Source: an uncultured Candidatus Saccharibacteria bacterium (GTDB taxonomy: Bacteria > Patescibacteriota > Minisyncoccia > Phycocordibacterales > UBA9973). Taken from it: a stretch of DNA of 64,000 nt. Under the pieces are notes generated by a model. It saw only the letters and a list, made by a program, of their open reading frames with translations, was not told where the DNA came from and did no database searches. This document shows positions 47,614 through 57,615 of the stretch, one piece after another. Within the stretch, counting starts at the first letter, position 1; the number at the start of each line of letters is the position of its first letter. The DNA is taken from NCBI GenBank assembly GCA_964446965.1, contig CAYUQD010000003.1, forward strand, positions 3,989-67,988. The letters run 5' to 3'. The translations under genes and the position numbers were made by a program.

Positions 47614-48512
47614 TATTGTTGTAGTATACCGTATTCGGACAAATAGTCAGTCAGTCCGATGACTGCAGTGTCGAGTTTGGTGTTGTAGTTTTTGTACAAG
47701 GCGACACCGATGAGTGCGGAGATACCATTATCAGAGAGTTGTTGAATGATCTCAAACGAGTCCCCTACTCCGGCAATACCATTGATAATATCGAGGTGGT
47801 AGTTGGCGACTCCGACAGGAGTCCGGACTGCGGCGAGCTCTTTGGTGAGTTTGATGTATTGTGCGCGTGTTGCAGTGAGTGCTTCGAGACCGCTTGTATC
47901 TTCGGTTTCGATAGCTTGGACGATGATGGCGATGTCGTCATCCCCTTTGCTATATCGAGAGAGAATATTCTTTACTTGGGTAGAGTAGGTGGTGAGAGAT
48001 TGACTCGTCGTCTGGATCGTCTGGATGTCTTTTGAGGAATAGGTATTGGTGACGAGGTCGGTATCGATCGATGAGCCAAAGTTTGCGGCGATCTCTTGCA
48101 ATGTTGCACTATCGACTGCCTCGGACTGACCGAGTGCTATCGCGAGCGTGTAGAGTTCGCGAGAGAGACGGTCGGTCTCGTTGGTAGGGGTTGTTGCAGT
48201 ACCCGAGACACCGAGCGACGCCTTTTTGTCTTCTATGATCTGTCTGTTGGATATGCCGTGAGTATAGAGGACTGTCGGGTCGAGGCCCCAGAGCTTTTCT
48301 TCCCAGTCGGGGATACCGTTACCATTTGTGTCTTGGTTGAGGATGTCTCCGACGGTGGTGTTGTCGACGGTGACGCGAGACTCGTCAGTATCTGACGAAA
48401 AGAGCCCTCGGAACCACGATGTCTGGACGATCAATACGATCGCGAGTACTCCGATAGCAATGCCGCCACGAATGAGGAACTGTTTACTTGGTCTGTTGGT
48501 GTCAGGCTGCAT
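47613..48512 (-). CDS. Membrane-anchored protein with a TSP3-like Ca-binding repeat
   Basis: TM then DTNGNGIPDWEEKLWGLDP. Confidence 0.7.
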   Translation of the reverse strand: MQPDTNRPSKQFLIRGGIAIGVLAIVLIVQTSWFRGLFSSDTDESRVTVDNTTVGDILNQDTNGNGIPDWEEKLWGLDPTVLYTHGISNRQIIEDKKASLGVSGTATTPTNETDRLSRELYTLAIALGQSEAVDSATLQEIAANFGSSIDTDLVTNTYSSKDIQTIQTTSQSLTTYSTQVKNILSRYSKGDDDIAIIVQAIETEDTSGLEALTATRAQYIKLTKELAAVRTPVGVANYHLDIINGIAGVGDSFEIIQQLSDNGISALIGVALYKNYNTKLDTAVIGLTDYLSEYGILQQ

Positions 48513-48520
48513 AAGATATA

Positions 48521-48928
48521 TTAGAGTCCGTAGCTCCCACCAGAAACGCCGTAGTTTGTCGTTTTTTTCACAGGGAATGGTACTGAACCCATCGAGCACG
48601 TACTGAGGTTGGGGATGAGGTCGTGACGCCCGAGGACCCATTGAGTTACTTGAGGTTTCTTGGTAGGGCTAGTCGTATAGAGTGGAATGACTCCGTATAC
48701 ATTGCTCACGATGTTGCTGACACTGCCTCCTTGGAGAGTAGAGAGACCAGCTGCGAGGTTGCTCGCAAGTACGACTGGTCCTGTGCCCGTGCCAATACAG
48801 GTCACTGATGGAATACGGATCGAGAGAACCTTGCCACCAAATGGTTGTGTCATACCTGCGGCTCGCGCCATGTATGGGAGCGAGATGATACAGAGAATGA
48901 GTACGACGATGATGTGATAGTGTTTCAT
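48521..48928 (-). CDS. Small exported protein
   Basis: Signal peptide, PFGG motif, Cys pair. Confidence 0.65.
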   Translation of the reverse strand: MKHYHIIVVLILCIISLPYMARAAGMTQPFGGKVLSIRIPSVTCIGTGTGPVVLASNLAAGLSTLQGGSVSNIVSNVYGVIPLYTTSPTKKPQVTQWVLGRHDLIPNLSTCSMGSVPFPVKKTTNYGVSGGSYGL

Positions 48929-48934
48929 TACACT

Positions 48935-49747
48935 CTATTGTACACCGTTTTTGTATTTTGCGAGTACGGCGACGAGTGTGTGCCACTGGATAAGTGTAAG
49001 CGTCTCGGGTCGAGCGGTATGTGGGATGTCGATCTCATGAAGTGCATGTAGTGCCATATCCTTGTCACCGAGGTAGTCACCGAGACTTTTTGCGAGTTGC
49101 TTTCGCTTTGTCCCAAATACTGCCTTCATCACTGCAAAGAACGCTTGCTCATCGATATCTGCAAAGAAATCTCTCGTGATCCCTTCTATCGAGACGATTG
49201 CACTCTCTACTGTTGGTGCGGGAGCAAATGCGCCTCGGGGTACACGTTCGATGATACGAGCTGTACCATATGCTGCTATCGCAATAGACAACACACTCTG
49301 TTTGCCATCGCGAGCGACGATGCGTTCTGCTACTTCGCGCTGCATGAGGAGGACCATCTGTGTGGGTGGATATGATGTACTGAGAAATTTCTCAATGATT
49401 GCCCCGGTAATGTAGTACGGAATGTTTGCGACGAGTTTGTATGATGGATATCCATATGCGCGCATAGCGACTGGGTCATAGGTGAGGATGTCTTGTTCGA
49501 TAATATCGAGCTTGTGATCGGCGAGGGCTTGGGCAAAGCGCTCGCGTAGGAGTGGGATGAGTTCGCGATCCTTTTCGATTGCAACGACCATGCCAGCAGT
49601 TGCTACGAGTCGCTCCGTCAGCACTCCGTGTCCTGGACCTATCTCAAGGATGAGGTCGTCTACATGATGATCTGCTGCACTGACAATAGATGCGAGCGCG
49701 CGTTCGCTCCGGAGGAAGTGTTGGCCGAGAGACTTTTTTGCTTTCAT
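48935..49747 (-). CDS. rsmA: 16S rRNA dimethyladenosine transferase
   Basis: KKSLGQHFL, EIGPG.G.LT, VANIPYYIT, MQREVAERI. Confidence 0.96.
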   Translation of the reverse strand: MKAKKSLGQHFLRSERALASIVSAADHHVDDLILEIGPGHGVLTERLVATAGMVVAIEKDRELIPLLRERFAQALADHKLDIIEQDILTYDPVAMRAYGYPSYKLVANIPYYITGAIIEKFLSTSYPPTQMVLLMQREVAERIVARDGKQSVLSIAIAAYGTARIIERVPRGAFAPAPTVESAIVSIEGITRDFFADIDEQAFFAVMKAVFGTKRKQLAKSLGDYLGDKDMALHALHEIDIPHTARPETLTLIQWHTLVAVLAKYKNGVQ

Positions 49748-49771
49748 ATATATAGACACACTATACCGTAT

Positions 49772-51679
49772 TTAGAGAAAGACGGTGGTAAATCCGGGTT
49801 CTCCCGCTCTCGTCTCCCTGACAATGATCTCTTCAGGGATGTCGAGGACAAACTCTGACGGCATTCGTACATCACGCATACCATATATAGTACGCATACT
49901 GGCGTAGGTAATATAGAGCTTGTGGCGAGCGCGAGTGATGGCAACATACATGAGTCGTCGCTCTTCTTCTGCATCAGCTCCTGTTGCTCCCCTATCTCGT
50001 CCACTAGGAAAGAGTCCTTGTTCGAGTCCGACGAGAAATACCACTGCAAACTCGAGTCCTTTTGCGGCGTGCACGGTCATGAGCTTCACCCCATCTGCGG
50101 CTTCGAGGTTGTCTTGGTCACTCATCAGTGTTGCTTCTTCGATTAGCTTTTCCATACCAGCTTCGGTCCCGAGATGGTCGTAGCGTGTTGCGATCGAGAC
50201 GAGTTCTCCGAGGTTCTGGAGGCGCTCTTCGCCGTCAGGTTCCCCTTTGTAAAAAGTATCCATCCCACTCTTTGTGATGATGTACTTGATACTCTCTGAC
50301 ACAGTGTTGCCTTCCATGTGTATGCGAATGTCTTCGAGGAGTGCAAAGAACTTCTGCACCGAGAGCTGTGCCTTGCCAGTGAGCGCTTCCTTGGCAAAGA
50401 CTTTTGCGATAGTGACCTTGCCGATACCACGAGCAGGGACGTTGATCGTGCGTTTGATATCGAGCAAACTGTCGGGGTTGATCGCGGCGCGCATGTACGA
50501 GAGCACGTCTTTGATCTCCTTTCGTTCAAAGAATCGCACTCCGAGCACTTGATATGGGATCGAGTACGAGAGGAATGCTTCTTCGAGCGCACGAGATTGC
50601 GCATTGGTGCGAAAGAGTACTGCAATGTCGCTTGGCTTCACACCTGCATCGATATGCTCTATTGCGCGCTCAACGACAAAGTTCGCCTCGTCACTCTCGT
50701 CGTATGCGGTGTACATTGAGATGAGTTCCCCATCGCTGTTGCTGGTGAAGAGGTTTTTGGGAGTGCGATAAGTATTTTTGTTGATGACTTCGTTTGCAGC
50801 GGCGAGGACGGTCTTGGTCGAGCGATAGTTTTCTTCGAGGATGACGACGACTGCTTCGGGATAGTCTCGCTCAAATTCCAAAATGTTTTTGATGTTGGCA
50901 CCACGCCATGAGTAGATACTCTGGTCAGAGTCACCGACGACACATATATTTTTTGTGTGCGACGCGAGAGCTTTTGCGATACGATACTGTACTTCGTTGG
51001 TGTCTTGGTACTCGTCGATGTGGATGTGTGACCAGGTGTTGTTGCACCATGCGCGGGCTTCGTCATGCTGTTCGAGGAGGAGGACCGTCTGTGTGAGCAA
51101 GTCGTCAAAGTCGAGCGCCTTTTGCTCAGCCTTGAGGGTGCGGTATTTGCGCCACACTCGTCCAGCGAGACGGTACTGCGGGTTTGCTTCCTTCTCGAGG
51201 TCATCGGGGCTGATGAATGCGTTAGCTGCGCGGCTAATGGTATTTTTGATTCCGCGAGGGTCGTTCTCCTTTGGGTCGAGACCTTGGGCGAGGAGCGACT
51301 CTTTGATGAGAGAGAGAGTGTCAGCGTCATCGAGAATGGTAAATCGCTTCACTGTCCCCCCGAATGCTCCGAACTTTCGCAACAAAAATACCCCCAGACT
51401 GTGGAACGTACTGACAAATGGCACACCATCGGCTCGCTCGATGAACGACATCTGCCCCAATAGATGGAGCGCTCGCTCGCGCATTTCTTTTGCAGCCTTG
51501 TTGGTGAAGGTCACGGCGAGTACTGCAGATGGTGCGACCCCTGTTGTGATGATGTGGCAGATGCGATGCACGACCGTCTTGGTCTTGCCAGCCCCTGCCC
51601 CAGCCACGATGAGGAGTGGTCCATCTGTGGTGAGGACTGCTTTGCGCTGAGCGTCATTGAGACCAGTAGTGAAATCCAT
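49772..51679 (-). CDS. pcrA: UvrD/PcrA DNA helicase
   Basis: AGAGAGKT, DEYQDTN, VGDSDQSIYSWRGA, TVHAAKGLEF, EERRLMYVAITRA. Confidence 0.93.
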   Translation of the reverse strand: MDFTTGLNDAQRKAVLTTDGPLLIVAGAGAGKTKTVVHRICHIITTGVAPSAVLAVTFTNKAAKEMRERALHLLGQMSFIERADGVPFVSTFHSLGVFLLRKFGAFGGTVKRFTILDDADTLSLIKESLLAQGLDPKENDPRGIKNTISRAANAFISPDDLEKEANPQYRLAGRVWRKYRTLKAEQKALDFDDLLTQTVLLLEQHDEARAWCNNTWSHIHIDEYQDTNEVQYRIAKALASHTKNICVVGDSDQSIYSWRGANIKNILEFERDYPEAVVVILEENYRSTKTVLAAANEVINKNTYRTPKNLFTSNSDGELISMYTAYDESDEANFVVERAIEHIDAGVKPSDIAVLFRTNAQSRALEEAFLSYSIPYQVLGVRFFERKEIKDVLSYMRAAINPDSLLDIKRTINVPARGIGKVTIAKVFAKEALTGKAQLSVQKFFALLEDIRIHMEGNTVSESIKYIITKSGMDTFYKGEPDGEERLQNLGELVSIATRYDHLGTEAGMEKLIEEATLMSDQDNLEAADGVKLMTVHAAKGLEFAVVFLVGLEQGLFPSGRDRGATGADAEEERRLMYVAITRARHKLYITYASMRTIYGMRDVRMPSEFVLDIPEEIIVRETRAGEPGFTTVFL

Positions 51680-51754
51680 AGTGGAGATAGTGTACTTTAT
51701 TTACAACAAAAGAAAAAACGCATGGGATACATGCGTTATATGCTACTTTAGACC

Positions 51755-52423
51755 TTATTGAGCCAATACGATATTTCTGGTTTTAATTTTTCCAAAAAAT
51801 TTCTCTATTCCCACCCACACTATGTACAATAGTTGAGCGTACAAAAAGTAACAGGTGTACATCGATACCCACTCACCCGCAGTGGGATCAATAATCTTTG
51901 AAAAGCTACCCATAATTAGTAATTGGGCTATATGAGCAAATATCATTGCTACTACGAAGATAGTCGTGAATATTTTACATTTGACCCACTCTGGTTTTGA
52001 CCCACACAATAGTCGCGATAACAAAAGTCCAAAAAGGACAGCAAAAATGAAACATATCACTATAGTACTCTGCTCACCACTCGAAGTATATATGAGTACG
52101 GGTACAATTTTTTCACCCTCTTCTCTCAAAACTACGCCGCGATACCTTACTTGGAGTGTAAATGCTGGAATATAAGCAAAAATACCAACTGGACCTTTAG
52201 TGCGATTAGTAATGAAGTTCATAGCGCTGATGATAGGAATTCTTCGATCAACGAATACTGTTTTTTTAATGGACACCTTTTCATTATTATGAACAAATGT
52301 CTTGGTAACAATACCGGTCCATCCAATAAACTCTACAGAATAGGCAGTATCTGATGAGTGTTGTGAAAATGATAATTGGCACAACAGGTTGGAAATGAGC
52401 AATAAACATAACGTTTTTTTCAT
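51755..52423 (-). CDS. Hypothetical membrane orphan protein
   Basis: AT-rich; signal peptide plus 3 TM; TTGACA-N16-TATAGT at 52442-52469. Confidence 0.65.
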   Translation of the reverse strand: MKKTLCLLLISNLLCQLSFSQHSSDTAYSVEFIGWTGIVTKTFVHNNEKVSIKKTVFVDRRIPIISAMNFITNRTKGPVGIFAYIPAFTLQVRYRGVVLREEGEKIVPVLIYTSSGEQSTIVICFIFAVLFGLLLSRLLCGSKPEWVKCKIFTTIFVVAMIFAHIAQLLIMGSFSKIIDPTAGEWVSMYTCYFLYAQLLYIVWVGIEKFFGKIKTRNIVLAQ

Positions 52424-52576
52424 GATGATAAGTTTTTTGTAACTATACTTTATCTAAATCGATTGTCAATTTATATAAAAATAAGGGTTTTTTGGCAAAA
52501 AACTATTGACTAATGTTGTATAATATTGTCATATCACAACCCGCGCGCATTTCATTGGTACACTAATGATCTACTT

Positions 52577-53668
52577 ATGGTTCCACAACAAGATACACCC
52601 GGAACGTCTACCGACGTTCCCAAACGTTCAAAGAAGCATTTCTTCCGTGATATCGGCAAGAAACAGATTATTTACATAATAGTTCCCCTCTTACTCATTA
52701 ACGCAGGTATTGCGCATACTATTGCTGACCAGATCAAGATCAAGGCAAATGCAGAGACGCCTTTCATAGAGGTCAAAGACGAGAGTACAAGCGCCGATAG
52801 TGCAGATCTCGCAGACACCGATAGTACTGAGGAGTCTGAGATAGTCTCCGAAGGAGAAGACACCGTTATCACGACATACGTAGTCAAAAGTGGCGATACT
52901 CTTTCGGGTATTGCAGATAAGTTCAATATCACGATCAACACGATCCGTTGGGCCAATGACCTCACTGAGAAGACGTCCAAGATCAACATCGGCGACGAAC
53001 TCGTCATCCTCCCTGTTAGCGGAGTCGAACACACCGTCAAAAAGGGTGAGACTCTCTCTGGTATCGCCGCAAAGTATGACGCGAGCCAAGAAGATATCCT
53101 CAAGTACAATGACATTGAGAAAGATGCGATCAAGGTAGGGACCGAACTCATCATCCCTGGCGCAGAACCAATCGCTGTCAAAGCTCCGGCAAAGAAGGTT
53201 GTTGCGACAAAGACAACTTCTCCATCAACAACCACAAAAGTTGTAGCGACAACAGCTACGACAAAAGACGATGATGATGAAAAAGAACCTACAGCATCGT
53301 CTTCATACAGCACTCCGGTACACGGCATCCTTACCCAAGGGCTTCATGATGGCAACGCAGTAGACTTTGGTGTCTCAGTAGGTACGACAGTATCTGCATT
53401 CAAAAGCGGGGTCGTCACTATCGCAAAGAGTTCTGGATACAATGGCGGATACGGCAACTATATCGTCATCAGTCACGAAGGAAGTTGTCAGACGCAGTAC
53501 TCCCACCTCTCATCCGTCAGTGTTGCAGTTGGAGACAAGGTATCAATGGGAGAGACAATTGGTCGCTCAGGCAACACCGGACGATCGACTGGTCCACACC
53601 TCCACTTCAATGCTCGTAACTGTGGTGGCAATCCATTCTCAAAATTCAAAATCGGTACTCGTTTCTAA
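52577..53668 (+). CDS. LysM x2 plus M23 peptidase
   Basis: YVVKSGDTLSGIA, HTVKKGETLSGIA; HDGNAVD, YSHL, STGPHLHF. Confidence 0.92.
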   Translation: MVPQQDTPGTSTDVPKRSKKHFFRDIGKKQIIYIIVPLLLINAGIAHTIADQIKIKANAETPFIEVKDESTSADSADLADTDSTEESEIVSEGEDTVITTYVVKSGDTLSGIADKFNITINTIRWANDLTEKTSKINIGDELVILPVSGVEHTVKKGETLSGIAAKYDASQEDILKYNDIEKDAIKVGTELIIPGAEPIAVKAPAKKVVATKTTSPSTTTKVVATTATTKDDDDEKEPTASSSYSTPVHGILTQGLHDGNAVDFGVSVGTTVSAFKSGVVTIAKSSGYNGGYGNYIVISHEGSCQTQYSHLSSVSVAVGDKVSMGETIGRSGNTGRSTGPHLHFNARNCGGNPFSKFKIGTRF

Positions 53669-53705
53669 AAAAAGAATCCCCTCCAAATGTTGGAGGGGGT
53701 TTTGT

Positions 53706-54125
53706 TTAGGCGGCAACGCCATTTGTTTCGATGAATGATTCAAATCGAACTTTTAGTTTGTCTTCGAGCCCATCGTTGTTGGTGCCTTCAATGTAAATTG
53801 TTTCCCCGGTAGATGCACACATAGCAACGACAAAGTATGGTTCGTTGTTGTGAATTATCTTGGATAATCCGATCCCATAAATATCGGCATAATGTTCACG
53901 CTCACTTTGCTTTTCGGGAAAATAAAATGGGGCAATCAATTGCTGCGCAATGTGTTCGGCTTGTTTCCGTGCATCCTGTTTGTTTGTGATGTTGAGCCTT
54001 TCAACATTTTTTGGGACTTCTCCATTGAAGTGAATTACTTTTCTGCAGGTTGTCAGCAGGGCTTGAGAGATCATGTTAAATAAATCTCGAGATGTTCGGT
54101 CAAAGACAAATAAATTTTGTTCCAT
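53706..54125 (-). CDS. Hypothetical orphan protein
   Basis: AT-rich; TTGACT-N16-TAGAAT at 54147-54174. Confidence 0.6.
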   Translation of the reverse strand: MEQNLFVFDRTSRDLFNMISQALLTTCRKVIHFNGEVPKNVERLNITNKQDARKQAEHIAQQLIAPFYFPEKQSEREHYADIYGIGLSKIIHNNEPYFVVAMCASTGETIYIEGTNNDGLEDKLKVRFESFIETNGVAA

Positions 54126-54174
54126 ATTCTTTTATATTTTTTGTGCATTCTACTGATATGGGAGATAAAGTCAA

Positions 54175-55680
54175 TCACTCAATTTTGGGTCGATACTGTA
54201 GTGCTTCGAGGATGTGTGTGAGGCCGATAGTGTCGGACTCATCGAGGTCGGCAATCGTTCGTGCAACTTTGATCGTGCGCATATAGACTCGTGGCGAGAG
54301 CTTGAGTTTCTCGGCGTAGACTTGGAGTTGGATGCGCGCATCATCGCTGAGGTTTGCGATGCTTTGTACTTCGCTCGATGTCAGTGCAGAGTTGAGTTTC
54401 CCATATCGATCATGTTGGATTGCACGCACTGTTGCTACGGTATTTCGTATTGCAGTACTCTCCCCAACTCTCGGTGCATCATGGAGTGTTGCGTACTCGA
54501 CGTGCTGGACGGGTACCCAGAGATCGATGCGATCGACGATTGGTCCCGAGAGTTTCTTGGTGTATCGTGCGATCTCAGCGCCACTGCACGTGCAGTGCTT
54601 GACCCCACTTCCTCGATATCCGCACGGACATGGATTCATCGCCGCGAGCAATATAAACCGCGCGGGGTATCGCACACTCCCTTTTGCCCGAGCGACTGTG
54701 ATCGATCCGTCTTCGATGGGTTCGCGCAATGCTTCGAGCACTCGTCGATCAAATTCGGGAAACTCATCGAGGTACAACACACCGCGATGTGCGAGCGTGA
54801 TGTCACCCGGACGCAGTTGTTGCCCGCCACCAATGATCGCAATATGCGACGCACTGTGATGTGGAGCACGCAATGGGACCGTTCCACCCAGCGCATCGTT
54901 GATGAGTCCGATTGATGAATAAATTGTTGCGACTTCGAGGAAGTCGTCTTGGGAGAGCGCGGGCATGATGCCATGGAATGCCTTGGCGAGCATCGACTTG
55001 CCGGTGCCAGGTGGACCGTAGAGTACGATGTTGTGTCCGCCAGCAGCGGCGATGGTGAGCGCGCGTTTGGCTTGGAGTTGACCTCGCACATCGGCAAAGT
55101 CTGTAGTTGTGGTATGTGACGAGGGTTGTGGTGGAGCATATATCGCCGCGTGTAACGACTCGACACCGAGGAGGTGTGAAACGAGGTCAGCAAGCGTCGG
55201 GATGAGATAGATCGTGATGCCATCGATCAGCGTTGCTTCTGTTTCATTTGCCTTGGGTACGTAGAGTTCTTTGTACTCGTGTGCCTTTGCCCACTGTGCG
55301 ATCGAGAGGATGCCACGCACGCTCCGTACGTCGCCATTGAGCCCAAGCTCTCCAACAAAGAGTTTGTCCGACTCATCGAATGCAATGTCCCCGATCGCGG
55401 TCAGGTATCCGAGTGCGATCGCCACATCAAAGTATGCGCCCTCTTTGCGCAGCTCTGCCGGCGAGAGCGACACAATGATCTTGTGGTTCTCGCTCTTGGG
55501 ATTCTTGTCGCAGTTGTTGCGCAGTGCCGAGATGACTCGCTCACGACTTTCTTCGACGCTCTTGTCGGGAAGCCCGACGATCTGGAATACATAGAGTCCC
55601 CGATTGATATCGGTCTCGACCACGACTCCCGCCGCGTGGAGTCCCGAGAGTTGTGCGCAATGAATTCTGGAGAAAGCCAT
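54175..55680 (-). CDS. comM: YifB/ComM Mg-chelatase-like AAA+ ATPase
   Basis: IVGLPDKSVEESRERV, GPPGTGKS, RAPHH, LAHRGVLYLDE, AMNPCPCG. Confidence 0.92.
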   Translation of the reverse strand: MAFSRIHCAQLSGLHAAGVVVETDINRGLYVFQIVGLPDKSVEESRERVISALRNNCDKNPKSENHKIIVSLSPAELRKEGAYFDVAIALGYLTAIGDIAFDESDKLFVGELGLNGDVRSVRGILSIAQWAKAHEYKELYVPKANETEATLIDGITIYLIPTLADLVSHLLGVESLHAAIYAPPQPSSHTTTTDFADVRGQLQAKRALTIAAAGGHNIVLYGPPGTGKSMLAKAFHGIMPALSQDDFLEVATIYSSIGLINDALGGTVPLRAPHHSASHIAIIGGGQQLRPGDITLAHRGVLYLDEFPEFDRRVLEALREPIEDGSITVARAKGSVRYPARFILLAAMNPCPCGYRGSGVKHCTCSGAEIARYTKKLSGPIVDRIDLWVPVQHVEYATLHDAPRVGESTAIRNTVATVRAIQHDRYGKLNSALTSSEVQSIANLSDDARIQLQVYAEKLKLSPRVYMRTIKVARTIADLDESDTIGLTHILEALQYRPKIE

Positions 55681-55797
55681 GAAACAACCGTACCAAAAAA
55701 AGATAAAGATTTTCTAAAGTTTTTGTGAAACAAAATAAAAAAGCGCCTCTTAATGATTTTAAGAGGCGCAGAAAAGAGAATTACATAGTACATATAT

Positions 55798-56133
55798 TCA
55801 CTGTGGTATAGGGGCTACAATATATACATCGTTATATTTTTTGAGCTCCACATACAATTGGATAACATTTGTCTTTCTGAGTTCGTTCGATATCTCCCAT
55901 GAAACATCCAACCATCCATAGCCACCTACGAATATTTGATATGTATCACTATCAAAGTTGTGGCGTACATTGACCTCGTCATCATCTATATATGAGTAGG
56001 CTCCATCGACGTCGCTAGAAAGATTTAAGATTACTGAATATGTCCTTTGAAATAACTTTCCATTTTTTAGTATCGCGTGTGTAGAAAAAACAGAGATACA
56101 TATTGTTTCGGCAATAAGTAATGCAAGGTTCAT
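55798..56133 (-). CDS. Hypothetical orphan protein
   Basis: AT-rich; TTGACT-N16-TAAAGT at 56152-56179. Confidence 0.55.
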   Translation of the reverse strand: MNLALLIAETICISVFSTHAILKNGKLFQRTYSVILNLSSDVDGAYSYIDDDEVNVRHNFDSDTYQIFVGGYGWLDVSWEISNELRKTNVIQLYVELKKYNDVYIVAPIPQ

Positions 56134-56179
56134 AGCTTTTTAGTTTTCCATACTTTACGCAAATAGTGCGAAAAGTCAA

Positions 56180-56521
56180 TTACTTGTACGAAAACAACTT
56201 TTTATCGAAGTCTTTGATCACACCCTTCTTATCGACTTCGATTCCTTCTGCTTTGTAGAGTTTGAGACGGCGAGATTTGTATTCGTTGGTGAGCCATACT
56301 TTCCCACCGGCGTAGACAATGCGGTGAAACGGGATGTTCTTTGCGCCGGCATCAAATGCCTTGCCGAGTATTGCCGTCACACTTCTCGCTGCTTGCCCAC
56401 CTCCGCCAGCGGCTCGTGCGATGTGCCCATACGTCGTCACCTTCCCTTTTGGGATCAATAGTGCGAGCTCAACAACTCGTTCGCTAAATGTTTTTCCAAT
56501 TTCTTTTTTTACGATCTTCAT
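56180..56521 (-). CDS. Alkyltransferase-like (ATL/MGMT family) protein
   Basis: IPKGKVTTYGHIA, ARSV, IPFHRIV (catalytic Cys replaced by Phe). Confidence 0.85.
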   Translation of the reverse strand: MKIVKKEIGKTFSERVVELALLIPKGKVTTYGHIARAAGGGGQAARSVTAILGKAFDAGAKNIPFHRIVYAGGKVWLTNEYKSRRLKLYKAEGIEVDKKGVIKDFDKKLFSYK

Positions 56522-56595
56522 GTGTGAAACTATGCACTCGAGCAAATAAAAAAGCAACCACAAAAAGTGATTGCTTAATAAATGTTTAACAATGA

Positions 56596-57060
56596 TCAGA
56601 GGTGCATTAATCGAAAGTCATCCCACCAACAAGTCAATTCAAACCATTTCCATGAGATCCACTCAACAATCATATTGAGTACGACTGTAGCAGTAATAAC
56701 ACAGAAATATAAAATCGGTACCAATAAGGTAATGTACAAAAACACAGGATTCTGAACTAAAAATAAATTTAATCTATCTTTATATGGCCATAAGACCTGA
56801 TAATTATCTTTAATCCTTTTCCATGTTCCTGTTCCCACATTCCCACCTGTTTTTTTATACAAACTATCCATTTGTAGCCATAACATAAGTGGTGTCATTA
56901 TCATGTACATAATGATCATGAACCATGCAGTATTTCTGTACACCTTTATATCCTGATGCTGGAGGATATGATTTCTCATTAATAAATTATACGTAACTGC
57001 GCTGTACAGTATCGTAATCAATGCTCCGGCAATGCCGATAATCCATAAATGTTTTTTCAT
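56596..57060 (-). CDS. Hypothetical membrane orphan protein
   Basis: AT-rich, 3 TM; TTGACT-N16-TAAAGT at 57098-57125. Confidence 0.6.
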   Translation of the reverse strand: MKKHLWIIGIAGALITILYSAVTYNLLMRNHILQHQDIKVYRNTAWFMIIMYMIMTPLMLWLQMDSLYKKTGGNVGTGTWKRIKDNYQVLWPYKDRLNLFLVQNPVFLYITLLVPILYFCVITATVVLNMIVEWISWKWFELTCWWDDFRLMHL

Positions 57061-57159
57061 CCCAATTAGTTTTTTGTGAAAAGATTTTGTTTCACACACT
57101 TTACATTTTTTTCGCAAAAAGTCAAAACCACCCGTTCGGGTGGTTTCTATTTTTACTTC

Positions 57160-57516
57160 TTATCCATTCATATGCTCCTTGCACGTTTTCGCACTAGGAT
57201 TTGCTTCGAGGCGTTCTGGTTCGATCTTTTCTCCGCCGATTTCGCAGATGCCGTAGCCACCTTCTTCGATCTTTGTCAGTGCACTGTTTACATCAGAGAG
57301 ACGAGCTTGGAGTGTTGTTACCATACCACTACGTTCTTCGAAGTCTTCGAAGCGGTCAGCGGCGTCGTTGTCATCGATCTCGCCCATCATGTCCTGGTTT
57401 GGGGTTGCTTCCCAGATGTTGGTCTCCGTGTTAAAGAGGGCTATAGAACCGAGCTCTTCTTCGAGAGTCGCCTTTTCTGCTACGAGCTTTTCTTTGTATT
57501 GTTTGGTATCTTTCAT
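57160..57516 (-). CDS. DksA/TraR family protein
   Basis: Coiled coil with DDNDAAD; ALTKIEEGGYGICE...IEPERLEANP.A.TC. Confidence 0.88.
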   Translation of the reverse strand: MKDTKQYKEKLVAEKATLEEELGSIALFNTETNIWEATPNQDMMGEIDDNDAADRFEDFEERSGMVTTLQARLSDVNSALTKIEEGGYGICEIGGEKIEPERLEANPSAKTCKEHMNG

Positions 57517-57615
57517 GCCGATTATAGTAGCATGTCACCCCAAATGCACAAGGGTGTTTTTGCACAGCTTTTTATATGAAATTTACAGCCCCACGCACCT
57601 CGTCGGGCCTTAGTG

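Noticed and set aside
56180-56521. MGMT pseudogene because the catalytic Cys is missing
   Set aside because: Cys replacement is the normal signature of alkyltransferase-like proteins; the ORF is intact
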